Below are positions 26,701 to 39,100 of a stretch of DNA of 64,000 nucleotides, in pieces (the first letter of the stretch is position 1; the number at the start of each line of letters is the position of its first letter). Both the position numbers and the translations under genes were made by a program. The notes under the pieces were generated by a model. That model did not search any database. It saw only the letters and a list, made by a program, of their open reading frames with translations, and had not been told where the DNA came from. The stretch comes from Saccostrea cucullata (lineage: Eukaryota). Location of the stretch: the NCBI RefSeq assembly GCF_032062105.1, contig NW_026926689.1:62001-126000 (forward strand), read 5' to 3'.

Positions 26701-29700
26701 TAAATATATTTTGCAACATAAACAAAATACATGGTCACTTTTTAGAAATATGTGACATTTGGGCGAGGGTAAGAAAACATGATGGAGGGTTCGGAAAGCC
26801 TCGCCCTCTATCACGTTTTCTTACCCTCGCCCAAAACTTACTTATATTTCTAGACAGCAGCCAAGTATTTTATATCTCCATACTTCTGAGGATGGTCCTG
26901 GTTAGGACTACAGTACAGGGCCTATAATTACCTGGTTAGGACTACAGTACAGGGCCTATAATTACCTGGTTAGGACTACAGTACAGGGCCTATAATTACC
27001 TGGTTAGGACTACAGTACAGGGCCTATAATTACCTGGTTAGGACTACAGTACAGAGCCTATAATTACCTGGTGAACTTCCCCGTGTTATAATCATTCTCC
27101 ATACTTCTGAGGATGGTCCTGGCCTGGTTAGGACTACAGTACAGGGCCTCCTCCGCCATGGCAGCTGTCTCCTCTACCAGGTTACGTAAGTTCTCGTACG
27201 ACTCTGTACCTCTACTGCTGGCCATCTTCAGGTTACTCTGCTTTTTGTCTATAAATAACAATAAAATAATAAATCTAAGGATTCAAAAAAAAAGTAGAAA
27301 CAACATTTTATTACTTTATTGGCTTTATTCACTACAGTACTTGAGGCAAAGATGTGAAAAAAGAAATAGGAATTAATTTCCTACATTTACTACTATTGTT
27401 TATCAGATGTTATTACCATTGCACATATCAATTGTTTTTCTACTAAATAATAAAAACTTTATTGTAGATAGATATTTGCTGTACTATACCATCTGTTTCA
27501 GTCACTGGAACTAGGTCTGAAAAGGGATCTTTAGGAAGACCAAGATCTCTTCTATGTCTGGCTAGGTCTTCTCTCTGAAAATGATGTGTAAACACTGTAA
27601 ACACTGTATACAAGTACCAGCACTTCACATCTAGGCCAATGAAGACCATAGACCAATGTTCTATGAATTCTGTCGATTTTGACTTATAATGACTTATAGT
27701 CTACAGTTTTTTGCCCTGCAAAGATTTATATTATGTGCTGTTTTTTCCCTGTAAAGACTAACTAACTCTGCTGTTTTTCAGCCTGTGAAGACTTACTGTC
27801 TCTGCTGTTTTTGTCTTAAGAAGACTTACTAGCTGTGCCGTTATTTTTGCCCTGAGAAAACTTAATATCTGTGGGGGGTTTTCTGTCCTAAGAAAACCTA
27901 TTTTTTGCTGTTTTTTTGCTCCGAGAAGACCTACAATCTTTGTTGTTTTTTGCTCTGTGGAAACTAGGGATGTCAAAATATTTATTTTCCTTAGTCAAAC
28001 ATTCGTCTGCATTATTCGAACAATAGTCGACTATTCGGAGCAATTTTTGAAGAAAAAAAAATCTCATCGATAGCAGATTTATAAATCAAAAACCATTTTC
28101 GTAAATTTATGTAAAAAGTAACATTACTGTGTGCTACACACGATATTTAGATGAGCCTTACGTTGGGATAAGATGTAGAAATGAAATTGAATTTCACCAG
28201 CAATTGATTCTCCAAAATGTATGAATTTTCGTAAAATCACATTAAAAAATTGGTCTGATATTATATTATGTGACTTACTATCTGTGCTGTTATTTTTGCC
28301 CTGAGAAAACTTAATATCTGTGGGGGATTTTCTGTCCTAAGAAGACCTATTTTTTGCTGTTTTTTGCCCTGAGAAGACCTACTATCTTTGTTGTTTTTTT
28401 TTATCTGTTCATTCTTTCGTTCTAGTATGCTTAGAGAATTGTCAGCAATGTTTTTAAAGCTTATTTAAAATAAACTGGAAAAGGGGAGGAGCTTATTGCT
28501 TTAATAATTATCGAAGTTTCAAAACTTCGCAGCTATGCCGTGTTCCTATTGCATAATATAAACATTCTTAGAGGTAATAAATAAATTTATAATTGATACA
28601 AGTCCAATTAAAAATTTTCAAAATCCAGTAAAGTGCTGCATAATTGACTACAAAAACAGAAAGGTCAGTAATTACAAAATAATTATCGCGGTATGTAATT
28701 ACTGTTCTTTCCGTGTAAACAATGTGGAAACTTATCTAAATACTGTGACTGCTCTTATTCATCTGAGGACGGATACTACAATGGTTTGAGAAATGACGCT
28801 TTACAATTTTGAGTGAGAATTCTTTAACACCCCCTTTTTTGCATTTATTAGATATTCGAATGTCATTTCATTATTCGATCGTCGGTCCATTCGACTGATA
28901 GTCGAATAGTCGACTATTCGTTGACATCCCTAGTGGAAACTTACCCTCTGTGCTGTTTTTGCCCTTGTTTTCTCTGTGCTGTATTTTGAATAACTATTTG
29001 TGCTGATGCTTTGACTTACTATCTGTGCTGATGCTTTGACTTACTATTTGTGCTGCTGATTTGACTTACTATCTGTGATGTGCTGTTGTTTTGACTTACT
29101 ATCTTTGCTGTTGTTTTTACTTGCTGTGCTGCTGATTTGACTTACTATCTGTGCTGCTGATTTGACTTACTATCTGTGCTGCTGATTTGACTTACTATCT
29201 GTGCTGATGTTTTGACTTACTATCTGTGCTGATGTTTTGACTTACTATCTGTGCTGATGTTTTGACTTACTATCTGTGCTGATGTTTTGACTTACTATCT
29301 GTGCTGATGTTTTGACTTACTTACTGTGCTGATGTTTTGACTTACTATCTGTGCTGATGTTTTGACTTACTATCTGTGCTGATGTTTTGACTTACTATCT
29401 GTGCTGATGTTTTGACTTACTATCTGTGCTGATGTTTTGACTTACTATCTGTGCTGATGTTTTGACTTACTATCTGTGCTGCTGATTTGACTTACTATCT
29501 GTGCTGATGTTTTGACTTACTTTCTATGTGCTTATGTTTTGACTTACTATCTGTGCTGATGTTTTGACTTACTATCTGTGCTGCTGATTTTACTTACTAT
29601 CTGTGCTGATGTTTTGACTTACTTACTGTGCTGATGTTTTGACTTACTATCTGTGCTGCTGATTTGACTTACTATCTGTGCTGATGTTTTGACTTACTAT

Positions 29701-32135
29701 CTGTGCTGATGTTTTGACTTACTTACTGTGCTGATGTTTTGACTTACTATCTGTGCTGATGTTTTGACTTACTATCTGTGCTGATGTTTTGACTTACTAT
29801 CTGTGCTGTTGTTTTGACTTACTATCTGTGCTGTTGTTTTGACTTACTATCTGTGCTGTTGTTTTGACTTACTATCTGTGCTGATGTTTTGACTTACTAT
29901 CTGTGCTGATGTTTTGATTTACTATCTGTGCTGCTGATTTGACTTACTATCTGTGCTGATGTTTTGCCTGGTCTGTATCTATCTGACAGCAAATCTTTTT
30001 CTAGATTCTCTCCCTCTTTGATAAGTTCATTGGTAGAATCTATAAAACAGGGCATTTCAAAAATAACCATTGTATCAAACAAAACTCATACTTACCAACA
30101 CTGAATAAAGAGCAGATATAAATATTAAAAAACAAAGATTTGAAAAAAAATACCATGAATATTTCAGATAAACAGAAACTTTATCATTTTGTTTTTTAAA
30201 ACATCTCTCTGTAAAGGTTTCTGTGTTTTTGGAAGCTTGTAGGTACACCTTTAACTTTTATGAAGACTGTGAAGTAGCACATACACATGTATTAAGCTGA
30301 CGTTAGGTTTATATTCTATCTAATCTATCATTCTGTTTTGTAACTTGTTCTTACTTTGGTCTGTGCTGACTGTGGGTTCTTTACATCCAGTTGAAGTGTC
30401 ATTTACTGCAGCAATCAGGTCTTCAGTTTCACTCAAAGTTTTCTTTGGAGAAGGACTACTATTACATTAAAAAATTAAAATTTTACATTCTACAGCTTTA
30501 ACTTCCAACAATTCTCTACTTGACATTGGCCTTTTCTTCCATTCTTGATCTTATTATAATTCAATAACTGCTTTAACAATTGACAATTCAAATTATAGAA
30601 TAAAATATTTATACAGTATAGGCATTTAATTTTTTTCATACATACCTGATTTTAGAAGCTTTGGAGGGACTTAACAGTGTTTTCCTCCTGAGCTGAGACT
30701 TTGGGGATTTGAGGGGAGACCTCCTGACAGGACTACCTTTGGGGGTGATTCGTTCTGGACTCCCCTCCAGACTGTAGTTCTGCTGGAGCTCCCGTTCTAA
30801 GATTTTGTCAATCACTTCCGGATGTACAGCATCCGGATCTTCATCCAGTTCATCTGGATCACCTTCCCCTGAAAAAAAATATAAAAAAGTTCAAACTCTT
30901 TATCAGATAGATGTATTAGAAGCAGTTTGTAGCCTTTTATGCCCCATCTTACAAATATTTAACTTCAGTGTAAAAAAACTTGTAGTTACTGAAGTAATTT
31001 TCTCTGACATTGATGAACTTACCATCTGTTGAAACATCACTTTCTATTTTGTTCAAAATATACTCTAGAAGTCCTCCAAATATCTCTAGCAAGTTAAGGA
31101 TGGACTCGCGATTTCCATCAATAGTGTCTCGTCCTGTGATGTGAGCGAGTGATGTGTGAAGAATATCTCGAGATAAGATATCTATTACTAACTGTACATT
31201 TTGTATCTCATCTTCCCTACTGACTGGCTTCTGTATGACACCTAAAACAACAGATATAAGTAAAAACAATGTCTGTGAAGTAAATACTAAATATGTATTT
31301 TAACAAAAAATAACCCTCATTCAACCTATGTACATGCTATTTTATGTATACAAACTGAGACCAATTACTATTTGGACATTGAACTTATATATTCAAACAG
31401 GACCATAACTTTTTAATTAGAGTTTATTTTACTAATTTTGATTTCCTTTCAACTATATTTCTCCCTTCTGTAGTAATGTTCTAAAGAAAACCGGGATAAT
31501 ATACATTTTACCATAGAAAATAGAGCTGTGAAATTTTCACTATAAATTAAGCATACAAAGAGCCATAATTCAGACAGACAAGTTCTGGGTGTCAGTTCCT
31601 GGTTTCTGTTTCACTCACCCTGTAACTTCTCCCCACAGAGACCTTCAAACAACGTGACATACACAGCGGCGTTAATGTCCTCCACACAACTCAGACTGCT
31701 GCCCGCATTCAGCTGTTCCAGGAGGAGATTCGCCTGACGCACAATTTCTGTTACAATAAAGTTTTATACACATAAACATTAACTGTGTTCCGCATCAGTA
31801 GAACTCAAAAGTAACTTATACAAAATTCAAAAAAATGAACAAAAACTTTTTTTTTAATTTCATGAACTAGGTTATTGTAACAACTGTAAACTATAGTTTA
31901 CTGAAAATTAACTGTTTTTAATAATTAGCACCAATTACATGCATTATGAACTTATTTATGAAATACACTGTAGTTTATACTTTAAATTTATCAATCTCTG
32001 AATTCAAGTTCAAAGTTATAATAATTCAAAAACTACATTTCTTCCACATTTAATTTGATATGCCATAGGTCAAAACCTAAATTCAGAGGTTTGCTTACTT
32101 ATGTCCTCTTGGCTAAGTCTTTCTTTTGGTCCCAT
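20730..32135 (-). CDS. CEP95: Centrosomal protein of 95 kDa, 21 coding exons, ~886 aa
   Basis: Exons (+ coordinates): 32099-32135, 31619-31747, 31023-31241, 30646-30868, 30355-30458, 29948-30039, 27490-27574, 27068-27248, 26283-26382, 25910-26004, 25497-25667 (weak donor), 24665-24851, 24343-24435, 23920-23983, 23725-23820, 23227-23399, 22884-22958, 22428-22580, 22210-22343, 21683-21767, 20730-20894. Phases are consistent. N-terminal NVQLVIDILSRDILHTSLAHITG..RESILNLLEIFGGLLEY and C-terminal MENYYRDQF / ELRKKMESEI..LQDQL..DDDDAYFRQLDADR match vertebrate CEP95 as I recall it. Confidence 0.92.
21768..22209 (-). other. U12-type (minor spliceosome) GT-AG intron in CEP95
   Basis: 5' end GTATCCTTG, branch box CCTTGAC ~10 nt from an AAG acceptor, no polypyrimidine tract. 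Splicing restores MENYYRDQF. Confidence 0.85.
26760..26834. repeat. Inverted repeat (hairpin), probably the core of a degraded fold-back transposon
   Basis: TGGGCGAGGGTAAGAAAACATGATGGAGGG...CCCTCTATCACGTTTTCTTACCCTCGCCCA. Confidence 0.6.
26875..27070 (-). repeat. 34-bp x5 tandem repeat built from a CEP95 donor and exon-internal sequence
   Basis: Unit (+) CCTGGTTAGGACTACAGTACAGGGCCTATAATTA starts at 26897, 26931, 26965, 26999 and 27033. Confidence 0.95.
27965..28932. mobile_element. Non-autonomous hAT element, 8-bp TSD GTGGAAAC
   Basis: TIR TAGGGATGTCAA/TTGACATCCCTA. TSD at 27957-27964 and 28933-28940. Subterminal AATAGTCGACTATT motifs. Confidence 0.9.
28990..29966 (-). repeat. 25-bp minisatellite, roughly 38 copies, made of a CEP95 exon end plus donor
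   Basis: Unit (-) AAAACATCAGCACAGATA|GTAAGTC. The first copy is the real end of exon 29948-30039. Diverged longer relatives extend to ~27680. Confidence 0.95.
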
Positions 32136-32379
32136 TTTCTGGAAGAAAAAAATTAACTAACTACCTTACGTTTTTAAACTTATTTTAATTTAAAGTAAAC
32201 AACACCATGCTCTTGCAATGATTAATTAAGGAATGAATTTAATAGCTACCCATTATATATGGTATAAACTGGGTTGGGGCAGTTTACGCTTTATAATTGC
32301 AAAGCGGAATCTCTTAAGTGGTATGGGAGGACTTCCTAAATTAAGTAAATTTCCACTTTGTGGGTGTAAGACTAACCCT

Positions 32380-32675
32380 TAGGGATGGGTATCGCCACAA
32401 ATTTCGTATCGCGATATATCACGATTTTTTCCCACAATATCACGATAATATCATGATATTTTTAAAAGCAGTTTTTACAATGCTTTTACATGAAAAGTCA
32501 TTATTTTTCTATAAAATACGCTAGAAAAAACAAAACTTTTACTTTCTTGAAATTTTATGTATATAAAATTAAGTAAATTTACAACATTTTTTATACTTTG
32601 TGAAAGGTGTAAAGACCGGTATTTACCCGATACGTATACGATATACCGGTATACCGATAAAATCGCACATCCCTA
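32380..32675. mobile_element. hAT MITE, 8-bp TSD CTAACCCT
   Basis: TAGGGATG...CATCCCTA. TSD at 32372-32379 and 32676-32683. Confidence 0.88.
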
Positions 32676-33244
32676 CTAACCCTACATGTAACTCTTATCA
32701 GAAAAGTATTGTTCGACATGTTCGAAACTTCCTCAAACAGCTGCACAGTGGAATGATGTTAATTTTACATCAAAGTGCAATGAGCACGCAGATTTAAGGG
32801 GTTGTATGGAAATGCCCCCCCCCCCCCCCTCCAAATAGCTTAATCAAATTTTTGACAATATTGCTTCTTTAAAGTTAATCAATGATGAATGAAGATTGTG
32901 CCAGTCCTGGTAGTGGTATTTTGCAGAATTGGTACCTTAAAATATTCGATTAAACAATCAATAAAGCACAAAATTTAGAATTTCTAAGCCTAGATAGAAT
33001 GGTACACCAGTACTTAGGCTATCGTGGTCGTGTCAATGCGAACTCGTCCCCACTTGTTTCAGGGAAGCGGCAGTGCATTAAAAATTTACTAAATCCATCT
33101 AATATAAGTACTTTTACGGTATATCTTATTTAAAAGGAAGGAGTTATAAAATGCAAACCTTTACAAAATGCAGATCTAATACTTCATTGCACTAGTAAAT
33201 CAAAAATAAGTTGAAACATGTTCCAAATATTGTAAACACTGACA

Positions 33245-33261
33245 CAGCGACCTCTAGCGGC
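33245..33261 (-). promoter_or_regulatory. Possible CTCF-like motif between divergent genes
   Basis: Minus strand GCCGCTAGAGGTCGCTG resembles CCRCYAGRKGGCRS with one core mismatch. It is a GC-rich motif within AT-rich DNA near the presumed CEP95 start. Confidence 0.3.
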
Positions 33262-34907
33262 AGCTACAACAAACAATAAGTTTAAAACCATCACAGTGAA
33301 CAATTTATATCCGCATTTCTTTCTTTCTTTATTTATTCATTTATTTTAAATTATTATTTTTTATTTTGTTTTTGCATGTTTCTTTTGATTTTTTGGTCTG
33401 GAATTTTCTTTAATGGTTTTCTTTTGTTTTGTCGTTGAGAGAGATATTGTCTCAAAAATTTAACTCATTAAGGGAGGGGTTTTGGGGCAAGCAACCCCCC
33501 GTTGGCTTTGCTAAAAAGAGAGAAAGAAGAGAGTCCCCTTTTTGTTGTGTTTATTAACTATAGAAAATGTTCAGAGAAAGGCTAATGTAGTAATATATGA
33601 AGAAAGTTGGTTGTGAAAACATAATAGAACTTGACCTCCCCCTCATTTTTACAAAGTAGGATTTTCGGGTAAAAAGATTTATTTCCTTTCTTTGAGAAAA
33701 ACTTTCAGGTATTAATCCATATTTTTTCCCAGGCCCCAACTTTAAAAAACGGAATCACATCCCATTAAGTTGTTTACAATAAATTATGTAAACGTATGTT
33801 ATATTTCAAACACTTTTTCTCCTCACCAGGGCCCTCCCTCTTCAGTACCCCCTTTCTAGATTCTAGATCCACGCCTGTAATTAATTTGTTGAAAAGGAAA
33901 TTACAAAACTCATAATGCCTTAATTGGTACATACTTGGGGCGTCACGAGAAAAGACTTACTAGGAGTAGACTTACTACCCCCTTTTTTCTATTCAGAGAT
34001 ATAAGAGCTGACTGAGATTAGCTACTTTCAAAATTGTCTTTATAGAATTTATAGTATTCCGAAGGAATTCCTAAATTACAGATAGCAAAGGTCCAAAATA
34101 TTTTACAAAAGCGAACCGGGGCTAAGCCCCCTCCTACTTTTTTTGTAAAGATAGACGTATTGAGGCGTAGGTTTAGCCCCCCCCCCCCCCTTCAACAGGT
34201 CAAAAGGTAATGGTGTTGGCGTTTTAAAAAATGGTATTGAAAGAAGCTCGGGAAATGCTTAACTGTGGACATGCAGAAACTTAACTCCACTCCAGCATGC
34301 CCATTTGGTGGGATACACCAAGTGCTGTTCTTAATTTAGAAGTACACGTTCATGTATATTCAAGTATCAATTAAAACAATGAAGAGAGTGAGCCAAAGAA
34401 TTAAAAGAATTTAACAATTTTAGCAATATTTTTCCTCGATTAAAATTTTTATTCTCACCGATTCTTCCATTATGCATCTATCTGAAGAGCACTATATATG
34501 TAATTCTTATAATAGAAATATTTCGGATAATTTTTTTTTTTTTAGATAAGATTTTATTGATCTTTCGTGAACCCTGTGACATTCGAATCACAGCCGGTTG
34601 TTTTCACTTTTTATTAATGGTATTTTTATTCTTGTAATTGAAATTGATTAGTAGTTTATTCTGGGTACTATACATGTGTGTTTATTATATGAAGGACCTT
34701 CATTTGAATTTTTACTTTTATTACATTAATTTTCTATTACCTACACAGGGAAATACCAGCGATCTATTAAAAGCCCGTATCAAAGGTATGTTCCAGATTC
34801 TATTAATAGCATTATTACAATACTGAAAGGTAAGACGGGATTTCACGACAGTTTCGGTTGTACAAGTGAACAGGTAGATCTGTACAAAGAAAGTGAAGAC
34901 GTCCAAC

Positions 34908-36077
34908 ATGGCATCAACCACGGAATGCTATTTGTTGATTCTTTGGTTATGTCTGGCATTTTGTGGTAAGTATAATTTACTAGTTCCATATTTGCAGTTT
35001 GTATACATCATACTGAGCTGTCATACATATATACATGTACGTATATGTATGTATACAATGTAGTTTCGCTTCAATTCAGTTGAACAAATGGTTAAACATT
35101 AACATAAAATTTAATAAAAGTAGTTTCGCTTTGAACTACGTAGAGGAAACAAATCTTTTAAAATAATTCATACGTGCAATTAAATAAATTTAAGAAAGAA
35201 TTTAGCTTTTCATCATGCAAACATTTACTTAGAGAGATCGATGTGGTGATAAGGATTTTTTTCCGCCACAGACAACCTTAAAAAAAAAGTTGCTTAAGTG
35301 GAGTTGTTATTTAGCTATCAAATAATTTATGTGTTACCCCAAAGTTACTATGTCTAGTATGAGAACGCATGAAAGTTATACTTCAAAAATAGAAAGAAAA
35401 TGCTTATATATGCAAGCACGAAGTATTATTTTTGAAAGAAAAAACTTTGATAAACAGAAAAAAAGAAAGTTATCCAAACTTGAAAATATCCCATTTTCTT
35501 GTGTGTGGTTATGGTGATAGTGGTGGTGTTGTGGGGGGGGGGGGGGGTTAATTCGACTTCTTTTATAACCAAATTTTCTTCATGTATTACTACATTATCC
35601 TTTGATTAATTTGACTATGCTATAACAAAAGTTGGGGGAGGACGGCAGCCTCCCCCCGAATCATACGTGCATGTTATGAAATTAAGAATAAAATCACTGT
35701 AATTATTGCAAGGTTATTCTACATTATTAATGAAGCGCATTTTAATATAGCGGGTCAAGATACTGCCTCGACGACTGAAACTGCCCCCACCCCAGAAATG
35801 TCCCCTCCCGACCTCCTGCTGCCCATCGTCGTCCCTGTGGCGGTGACAGTGCTGTGTACAGTCATCATTATTGTCGTCATCATCATCTACCTCCGTAAAT
35901 GTCATCATACAGGGGGAGACAGAGTCTCTGATGGTAAGAGCGCTACGTCATAAAACAGATCTTCAATGTTCCAGATTGTTTATTTTGAAAAATACACAGT
36001 TCATCAGGAAAAATAAACTGATAATGTCATGGTTTTAATTCTTGAAGATTTTATTTAAATCTCTCTCTCTCTCCCAC

Positions 36078-36115
<38 letters not shown>

Positions 36116-39100
36116 AGAGAGATTGTATTATACACATAATAAGTAAAATTAAATTGTATTTTTAGCGGAGACAGGCAAAAAGACGGACAAAAAGACAGAC
36201 AAACCCAGCCGTTTTGAGATGGGACTCCTGAGCACGGCTTCCACAGATCGAGGTAGAGTACAGTAATACACGCTGGTCCTCAGGGATGATCTGTCAGATA
36301 GACCGACCTACCCAATAACTCGTAAACAACACATAAAACATCACAACCTAATGTAACAAGATAATGGAAAATTTAATGTATTTTCTTGATTTTATCATGA
36401 CCTTTGTCATTGTATTTATTATGTCTAATGTCTTGGTTGGGGGGGGGGGGTTACCTTCATATTGTATTCTATAAATCAGTGCATCGCGTACATGTATAAT
36501 GATATTGTCAGTAATATTCCCCGAACGCATCCTATGTTATGTTAATATAAACAGCTTTTAATAACTATTTTTAAATTTACAGAAGCAGAGTCTGTCCTGA
36601 ATGGAGGTAATTAAAACCGTTTAATATTACTAGTATCTATCATAAACACACACTATTCTTTCTTTCTATGAATACCGTGATGATTGATTTCTATTCTCAA
36701 TACTAGTATACATACAACTCACCTGTGTAAAGTGGAAGTTATGTGAATGAATTTTCCTTTATTAGCAAAAGAACAACTGAGAGAGATTAAAAGTCTTGAG
36801 AAAAACCTGGCCCTTTCTGTAAAAGGTATGCAACATGTGTATGGATCTGACACAAACTCTGAATTCTTCATTCTATTTTTCCTCCACTTACAAAAGAATG
36901 ACAAGTAGCTAGCTAATGCAGCATTAGAATAAAACCACACAATTGTGCATTATTTGTGACAATATAAAGTTCATACGTAATTTATACATAGAAACACATG
37001 TCATTACAAAAAATCTCTCTTTTTTAATAAAACCAATTTTTTAAAGATATTATATGTAAATTATTCAATTTCATTACAAAAATGTTTCAATTACTCTCTT
37101 TTAATTGTTTTTTTTCTCATTTAGAATTCAAGAGTCTGATGTGGCATGGTAAGATATGTAACCAATTTTATATTAGTACAACAGCATACTTATACATGTA
37201 TACAATGTACATAAGTATTTTATTGCTACATAATAAATAAAAAAAAGCAACATGTCCACGTGTCTAATTTGATATTCACAGATACTTTTTGGTTTTTGTT
37301 TTCTAGCCAACTCAGTTTTGAAGCTAATAGGTAAGCCTATTTAAAGTTTCAGTATAAATGCATTTTTATAATTGTTTGTTTTGGGGTTTTTGAAAAAACT
37401 TTTTTTTTCTAATTGTAATTTTACTAATTGCACACAGATGAGGGAATTGATGAAGAGAGTGAACCTAAAACCCTGAAAGATGAACTGTTTGAAGAAGTGA
37501 ACAAGAGAGGTGAGATCAATCATTGATTGTACAGTTATATTTATACACTGATTATAACAAGAGACCTAACAATGTTATATCTCTTTACATTTATAATCTT
37601 GTTATATACAGTGGCTAAAGATCCCAATGATAAACCAGACGAAGAAGAAGAGGAGTCAAAGAAAAGGAGGATTGAAAGTGTCAGAGAAAAACAAAACAGA
37701 CTGTTTACAGGTATGTTACAAGTAGGGGACAGTCAAGCTATATTGCAGGTACTTGACCAGTACTGGCCAAACTATTAATAATTAAGTACCTGACAAACAC
37801 TGGACAGACTGTTTACAGATTCATGACTAGTATTGGACAGCCAGTTTAAAGGTAAATGACTAACAACAGACAGACTGTATAGGTATGTGGCTATCAATAG
37901 ACACTGACTGTTTATAGGTACCTAACAATTACTGGACAGACAGTTTACAGGTACCTGACTATTACTGGACAGACTGTTTACAGGTACCTGATTATTACCG
38001 GACAGAGAGTTTACAGGTACCTGACTATTATTGGACAGACGGTTTACAGGTACCTGACTATTATTGGACAGACAGTTTACAGATACCTGACTATTATTGG
38101 ACAGACAGTTTACAGGTACCTGACTATTACTGGACAGACAGTTTACAGATACCTGACTATTATTGGACAGACAGTTTACAGGTACCTGACTATTACTGGA
38201 CATACAGTTTACAGGTACCTGACTATTACTGGACAGACAGTTTACAGGTACCTGACTATTATTGGACAGACAGTTTACAGGTACCTGACTATTATTAGAT
38301 AGACAGTTTACAGATACCTGACTATTATTGGACAGACAGTTTACAGGTACCTGACTATTACTGGAAAGACAGTTTACAGATACCTGACTATTATTGGACA
38401 GACAGTTTACAGGTACCTGACTATTATTGGACAGACAGTTTACAGATACCTGACTATTATTGGACAGACAGTTTACAGATACCTGACTATTATTGGACAG
38501 ACAGTTTACAGGTACCTGACTATAATTGGACAGACAAATTACAGGTACCTGATCATTACCGGACAGACAGTTTACAGGTACCTGGCTATTATTGGACAGA
38601 CATACAGGTACCTGACTATTATTAGACAAACAGTTTACAGGTACCTGACTATTATTGGACAGACAGTTATCAGGTACCTGACTATTACTGGACAGACAGT
38701 TTACAGGTACCTGACTATTATTGGACAGACAGTTTACAGATACCTGACTATTATTGGACAGACAGTTTACAGATACCTGACTATTATTGGACAGACAGTT
38801 TACAGATACCTGACTATTATTGGACAGACAGTTTACAGGTACCTGACTATAATTGGACAGACAGATTACAGGTACCTGATCATTACCGGACAGACAATTT
38901 ACTGGTACCTGGCTATTATTGGACAGACATACAGGTACCTGACTATTATTAGACAAACAGTTTACAGGTACCTGACTATTATTGGACAGACAGTTATCAG
39001 GTACCTGATTATTACCGGACAGACAGTTTACAGGTACCTGACTATTATTGGACAGACAGTTTACAGATACCTGACTATTATTGGACAGACAGTTTACATG

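Noticed and set aside
28990-29966. CRISPR-like appearance of the 25-, 33- and 34-bp repeats
   Set aside because: Contiguous units without unique spacers, eukaryotic intronic context, no cas genes.
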